Origin: Octopus vulgaris
Lineage: Eukaryota
Direction: 5' to 3'
DNA length: 64,000 nt
NCBI GenBank assembly: GCA_951406725.2
Contig: OX597828.1
Span: 20,026,001-20,090,000 of the forward strand
The notes beneath the pieces are model-generated. The model did no database searches, had not been told where the DNA came from, and saw only the letters and a program-made list of their open reading frames with translations. The position numbers and the translations under genes were made by a program. Positions 55,959-64,000 of the stretch are shown in pieces. Each line of letters starts with the position of its first letter. The stretch's first letter is position 1.

Positions 55959-56906
55959 AGACATTAGTAACATAGGATTCGCCTTTCCCTTTGAATTAAT
56001 AGTTGTAGAATGTCTATTTGGGTTCGTTCTTAAAGCAAAATTTTATGTAGCAGCTATCGTCTATTTCAGTTATTTCACACATCGTTATCTCCCTTGATTA
56101 GTGTAGAGTGTTTGCATGGGCCCGCTCTTAAGATTTTTGATTGTCTACTTGGGTATTTTGGGGGATTCTAACAAAGAGACACTCGACATAGAAACGAAAA
56201 GAGTGTTGAGTTTATCCCGCTGAATTTATATTGAATGGCGCTACCGATAATTACGTTTTTTTTTTTATACATCAATGCCATTAGCATGTTCTTGACTTAA
56301 CGTGACAGTCCCATGAAAGGGAAGAATGCTGTTGTTAGTTAGCCCTAGGAAACACCGTTTCCTATTGGACCTGACACATTTCCTGTGTCCTTTATCGGGC
56401 TGCTGCATAAATCGCTCTGAGAGATTTAGAAATATATTATTTCTATTAATGCTCTTGTTATATAATACTGCTATCGGCTTAGGTGAAAATATCTAGGACT
56501 TCAAGGATATTTACCCAAATTATCATGTTGTTATGCTCGGATAACTGAAAATAGGGCAGAAATACCTCCAAGATTTAGTTCCTGGTAAACCTCAATGTAA
56601 TTGGCTTGAGGAAACTATACAGAACTGGTCACCTCCAGATTGTGAAGAAGTACACGGATGCATGAAAGGACCACTACCCAGACCACATCTTTAAATATGG
56701 CCTAATTAAAGATAAGACCTATCGAAGGTATTCTATTTTCTTTTTAAGCCTTTTGTTAGCACATATCTGTTGAAACACTCAATCTGAAAATAATAAAGTA
56801 TTTACTGGAAAATATTTTAGTTGATGTAAAATTCTCGCGCAACTACGATGTTGACCAATCACTTCGAACGAAAACCTTTTTGAGCCATATTCCTACTCTA
56901 TTACTA

Positions 56907-57291
56907 TTTTACTTGCTTCAATCATTTGACTGCGGCCATGCTGGAGCACCGCCTTTAGTCGAGCAAATCGACCTCGGGACTTACTCTTTGTAAGCCCAGA
57001 ACTTATTCTATTGTTCACTTTTGCCGAACCGCTAGGTTACAGGGACATAGACACACTATCATCGGTTGTCAAGCAATGCTAGGGAGACAAACACAGACAC
57101 ACAAACATACACACGCATACATATACACATATACGACAGGCTTCTTTGAGTTTCCATCTACCAAATCGAGATGGTTGTGGAAAATAATGGTCTTTATTTT
57201 GTAGAATCACTTTTGATTTTATTAAAATCTTACATTAAAAAAAATCATTATTTTAACACGGCGAACAAACATTTTCCTCAACCTAGTATAA

Positions 57292-57358
<67 letters not shown>

Positions 57359-57516
57359 ACTGGCTTTCAGTTTCCAACTATCAACTCCACTCACAAGGCT
57401 TTGGTCGGCCCGAGGCTATAGTAGAAGACACTTGCCGAATGTGCCACGCAGTGGGACTGAACCCGGAACCATGTGGTTGGTAAGCAAGCTACTTACCACA
57501 CAGCCACTCCTGCGCC
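56907..57516 (-). mobile_element. SINE family B in two pieces
   Basis: 56907-57167 and 57358-57516 both match the family consensus, with overlap. Confidence 0.8.
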
Positions 57517-58223
57517 TATAAAAAAAAACACAGGTTAAAAAAAAATTATCACAACGGCCAGAATTGGCATAATTTCTGACACAGCTCCATACACTATATA
57601 CTTTTGAAAATCTACTGTGAAGCAGGTCAAATGTATTCCTATATTTTAAAATATTATAAACTCATGATTAATTCTAATTTATTCTGTGTGCATTTTCAAC
57701 TTCACTTTGTTCTATTATTCCCCCACTTGTTTGAATTAATAACAATTTACATATGCATGTTTGTGTGTGTGTGTGTCTGTGTGTGTGGGTTGCGCGCGCG
57801 TCACATGTGCGTGTGCATGCGTGTGTGTAACTGTGTTAGATATTATTAAAGCCAAAACAATGAATGTTAAAAAATTATAAATACTTGTATTTGGTTAGTA
57901 TTATTAGCTGATAGTTCAACAGTTCAATATTTCAATATTTCAATATGGCTTGAAGAAGGGACCCCTAACCTTGGAATATTCAAATAATAACCATCGACCT
58001 GTGTTATTAGATTCTAAAAATGAATTGTTTATGATATAAAAATATTGAAAGCACACAGACACACACAGACTCACACACGCACACACATACACATACACAC
58101 GCACAAGCACACACACGTATGCATATATATATATATACATATGTATATATATATATGTATATGTATGTATGTATATATATATATATATCTATGTATTTAT
58201 ATATATATATGTATATGTATGTA

Positions 58224-58264
<41 letters not shown>

Positions 58265-58265
58265 T

Positions 58266-58332
<67 letters not shown>

Positions 58333-58333
58333 T

Positions 58334-58368
<35 letters not shown>

Positions 58369-58369
58369 T

Positions 58370-58409
<40 letters not shown>

Positions 58410-58671
58410 CATATTTATATAAATATATATATTATTTTTTAATTGCGCACATCCTGGGGCAATGCCTCCAAGTGTTTTGTCGAAATAATTGAAACCAGTG
58501 CCTATTATTAAGCCTCGTACGTATTCTATCAGTTTCTTGAGCCGAGCCACTAAGTTATGGGCGACGTAAACAACCAAAAACCAGTTGTAGAGCGGTGGAG
58601 TGACGGACAACACATACACAAAGACATATACACATGAATAAATGCACACCCACACCCAAACACTCACACAC

Positions 58672-58704
<33 letters not shown>

Positions 58705-58845
58705 TGTATGTATGTATGTATGTACGCATGAAGGGCTTCAGTTTGTATACCAAAGCCATTGATAAGGTTCTGGTCAGCTGAGGGAGGGAACCCAGTATGA
58801 TGACACTGGGAAACGAACTGGGACGCAAATTGCCTCGCCCATACA

Positions 58846-58907
<62 letters not shown>

Positions 58908-58927
58908 CAGTTCTACTAAACTCCTTC

Positions 58928-58971
<44 letters not shown>

Positions 58972-59061
58972 TATACATTAAATACTTATTAAATATCTGC
59001 TGCACACTTAATATGTGTGTGTGAGTGTGTGTTTATATATGTTTGTGTGTGTGTCTTTGTG

Positions 59062-59132
<71 letters not shown>

Positions 59133-59387
59133 TAACTTCTCCACACTCTTTTCAGAATATGTAGCCACACACTTTATATATTGATCAATGCAACATTAAA
59201 ATGCTCACACATGTTTACGATCTGCTCTCCTTTAATTATTTGCGTTTATCACTTCGTAATAAATCTTTTCTCCCTATAATTTTATCTTTGTGAAAGGCTC
59301 TCTGGCAAGGTCGCATATACTTAATGGAAGAAAATAACTAAGATCGTTATGAATTAATATATATTGGCTAAAACAAATCAATAATAC

Positions 59388-60025
<638 letters not shown>

Positions 60026-60306
60026 CATCATCTCATCATCATTATTGATATTAATATCATCATTATCAATGCAGTGAGTTTGCAGCATCTTTAACGCGTC
60101 AGACAAAATATTTTGCGGCAATTCTTCCGACTTTATAGTTTCCGAGTTGAAATACCACCATTGTTATGTTGGCCTGTAACTCTTTCATGGTGGATAAAAC
60201 AGAGTGAAAATCATGTACTAGGTTTGATACAATCGATTTTCCCCACCCCTTCAAAATCGCTGGTCTTGTGCCTATGTTAGAATGGATCATTATTATTATT
60301 ATTATT

Positions 60307-60724
60307 CTTTCGTACCACAGTGTAGGTAAAAATGCACCGGAGTCTTTAGTTATCTGTCAAGTCACAACAAGGAAGTTTGACAGATAATACAATCCTTAAG
60401 ATGTGCGCTATGCCTAATAAGGCTGCTTTTTGCAAGTCATCAATCTTGCGTGGAATTTCCAGTTGCCTTAAGCAGTCTTGAAGTTTCAACATTACCCTCT
60501 CATATTCCATACAGTCTTATTTCCACTTCCGATTCGAAGTACTTGGTGGGTTTTTTCAACCACTTTACTCACAACATTCATGTCATTTGGTATGGCTACG
60601 TCAATGATCTGACAGTATTTGTCTCTCTTATTCAATATGACAACATCCGGCCGACAATGTTCGATTACACGATCCGTCTGAAAATCGTAGTCTCAGAGTA
60701 TCGTTACTTTTCCATCCTCCACCT
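60307..60724 (-). pseudogene. R4/Dong-type non-LTR 3' end at a (TAA)n tract
   Basis: DFQTDRVIEHCRPDVVILNKRDKYCQIIDVAIPND..EK and LQKAALLGIAHILRIVL; 3' end abuts (taa)n. Confidence 0.9.
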
Positions 60725-60738
60725 ATTATCATCATCAT

Positions 60739-60777
<39 letters not shown>

Positions 60778-60836
60778 TATTATTATTATTGCTGTTGTTG
60801 TTGTTGTTGCTGTTGTTGCTGTTATTATTATTGTTC

Positions 60837-60889
<53 letters not shown>

Positions 60890-61150
60890 GAGTGAGAGAG
60901 CAGCGCATGCCATCTAAATGACATTGGGGTACAAATATACGAAGCCCAATATACCCATCATTACTACCTGTCTGATAAAGGTTCCCCTAAGCGCATGCAT
61001 CGCAACAATATGTGCGTGACCTGGTTGTCTTATATCAAGATAAACAGCGCGTGACCTTGCAGGTGGGGCCCAGTTAGAATTTTCTTCAGGTCGAGTAGCC
61101 CATCTAGCTCAAAAGGTCCCTGGATAAGGGTTGTTTAATGACGATGTACG
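60890..61150 (-). mobile_element. Probable retroelement 3' end with (TAA)n tail, unclassified
   Basis: GC-richer block abutting (att)n; family not recognised with certainty. Confidence 0.3.
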
Positions 61151-61249
61151 AAACATCCATCACACAATTTATCGTCTTAAAGAAAGAATGGCGATATCAG
61201 ACAACGTTTTACTTAATATTCTACACCTGTGTTTGTGTGTCTGTGTTGT

Positions 61250-61466
61250 GTTTGTGTGTCTGTGTTTGTCCCCCTCGCATTGCTTGACAACCGATGCTGG
61301 TGTGTTTATGTCCCCGTTACTTAGCGGTTCGGCAAAAGAGACGGATAGAATAAGTACTGGGCTTACAAAAGAATAAGTCCCGGGGTCGAGTTGCTCGATT
61401 AAAGGCGGTGCTCCAGCATGGCCGCAGTCAAATGACTGAAACAAGTAAAAGAGTAAAAGAGTAAAG
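61250..61466 (+). mobile_element. SINE family B, 3' half
   Basis: Near-identical to 29655-29852; (gtaaaaga)n tail. Confidence 0.88.
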
Positions 61467-61472
61467 GATTAA

Positions 61473-61693
61473 CCCTTTAGTGTTTAAACTGGCCAAATCC
61501 GGCCCAATATATTCTACATGTTTTATATTCAAACTGGCGATATCTAGCTTCTCACACCTAACCTACAATTCCATTCTAAAAATAAACAATCACATCATTG
61601 AAACCTCAAAGCTGTAAGATAATCCAGGATTAATGCAAAACAATTTGAGTGAAAAAGTATTACATTTAACAGAGTAATCTGAACACTAAAGGG
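61473..61693. mobile_element. piggyBac-type MITE
   Basis: TTAA-ccctttagtgtt ... aacactaaaggg-TTAA (12-bp TIR, TTAA TSD). Confidence 0.85.
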
Positions 61694-62452
61694 TTAAATA
61701 GGGGTGGCCAAAACTGGAACACCTCTCTTCAGGGATCTACTCGACAACAGGTTGATATTTTACGTTCTCATTAAAATACGAGATATCAGAAAACGTAGTC
61801 TTAGATATAGTACTTCTGAAGAAGATAGAAAAATTGGAATGGTTATGGCTGGAAGGTATTTTAATTACACATCTGCTCGACTAGAGGTTGATACTTAACT
61901 AAACAGCTACAACAAATATAACTGCTGTACAGAGTTACATACAAGTTAAGTATTTGATAAGCTACATTAGTGATAATGACGTTTAAGAAACCGCGAAACA
62001 GCTTAGATATTTAGAGTAACTAACATCGATATTACCTGAACCAAATTAAACAGTATTGCCGTAAGAAAACCTGACATCAACAACAATGCATTTAAAATAT
62101 GTCGAAAACTATTGAGAAATATTTAAATGCTTTCCAGTGAACTTATTGTAAAAATAAATGAGCGAATGTAGAACACAGTAAAATAAACAATAACACAGGA
62201 AGAGGAAGCGAAGCGTTGAAATGAACATATGAATGTATTGTTTTAGACATAATATAACATGATAATAACAAGAGCAATATGGGAAATGTTTAATAAAAGA
62301 AGAATGCTGAAATATAGTACGTTCGTGTATTCAATTAATATATACCATGAAGATCAAACGAAAGCTGTTTCTTATATTCAAATATGTAGTATGAATGCGA
62401 CTATGTATTATTTATGTATGTATGCTTATATTTATTTATATACGTACGTATG

Positions 62453-62508
<56 letters not shown>

Positions 62509-62607
62509 GCAAACATGCATATATATGCATATATATAAAGAATATTCATATTCATATATAGGTAGTGTGTTTGTGTATATACACATATGTGTATGTAACA
62601 TATAGGA

Positions 62608-62648
<41 letters not shown>

Positions 62649-62899
62649 GCATACATTATACACAAACACGCCAAAACTCGCACTCATACACAATCACACG
62701 TACACACACACACGCACATACATGTATACATACATACATATATAAATCCACAGATACACACATATGTGTGTGTATGGGTGTGTGTAGAGAGAGAGAGGAG
62801 GAGGAGGAGGAGGAGGAGAAAGGGAGGGGGGAGAGGGAGTGAGAGAGAGACAGAAAGAGAGAGAGAGTGGGAGAGAGAGAGACAGAGAGAGAGGGAGAC

Positions 62900-62932
<33 letters not shown>

Positions 62933-63271
62933 TTAAAAGTGAATTAAAACCAAAAAGTGATTCAAAGAAATCGCTATCAAATGTTGGCTAGTGCTTAGAA
63001 AACACATTTCTCATTATTTTGTTTCTTATGTATGTGTGCTTGTTATCATTGCTTGTTTCGATTTTGTTTTTTAAGAGAGTTGAAATCGTGATACCGTTTA
63101 GAAATTCTGTCGGCATGGTTCCAAAGTCTAAGAGGTATCGTTCTATAATAATCTGACAAAAGGTATGTCAACATATTTACCAATATGTAGAATTTTTTTG
63201 TTTCTCAACACTTTCACTTCTTCCCTCCCACTATCACCCGCTTCGTCAGTGCATGTGTACATATGTGTATG

Positions 63272-63302
<31 letters not shown>

Positions 63303-63512
63303 GTATGCATGTATATATATATATATGCATGTATGTATATATATATAAATAAATATATGCATGTATATATATATATATATGAACGTGTATGTATATCTTG
63401 GTACACATATACTTATGTGTATGTATATATATGTATGCATGTTTATTTTTGGATATATATATATATATATATACACACATGCATATATATAGATATATGT
63501 ATATATGTATAC

Positions 63513-63582
<70 letters not shown>

Positions 63583-63771
63583 AACGGTTTTATATACGCT
63601 TGTATTTGTATATATATGCATATATGTGCATGTGTGTGTGGGTGTAATAGTTGTGCATTGTACGTATCTCTGATTTGTGCTTCTTGGAGTGTATTTACTA
63701 TACGCAAGAATCTTCTTGATCTGATAACATAGACGATAGTGATGATGGCAATAATAATAATAATAATAATA

Positions 63772-63828
<57 letters not shown>

Positions 63829-64000
63829 GTAATCATGTTCTTCATTTTTTTTTTCTCGCTACCATTTTGTTACCATTTTTATTGATACAATTATTGTCGA
63901 TGCTTTCGTAGTTGTTTTTGCTGAAATTTATGATAAAAATAATCATGAGAAGAAGACTTATAGAAAAAATACCTCTGTGTCAAAATATAATAGAAGTTGC

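Overview
Very AT-rich, microsatellite-saturated animal DNA with no host protein-coding gene that I can support. Nearly all ORFs in the track are translations of (TA)n, (CA)n, (ATCT)n or (AAT)n repeats. The SINE families and repeat density point to an octopus/coleoid cephalopod intron or intergenic region (inference). Recognisable content: several tRNA-derived SINE families, three decayed mariner transposons plus MITEs, three non-autonomous Helitrons, and 3' fragments of R4/Dong, CR1/L2 and RTE LINEs. The main signal missing from the ORF track is a dense set of short, mostly (TA)n-flanked and often fold-back inserts carrying type I hammerhead ribozyme motifs (C[U/C]GANGA...GAAAC, palindromic stem III, GUH). 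Four copies fold completely by hand, and three of these have a greatly enlarged stem II. They sit near Penelope-like GIY-YIG relics, so they are best read as Penelope-like pseudo-LTR or retrozyme-type elements. All folding and alignment was done by eye; nothing was computed or searched, and repeat boundaries are approximate.
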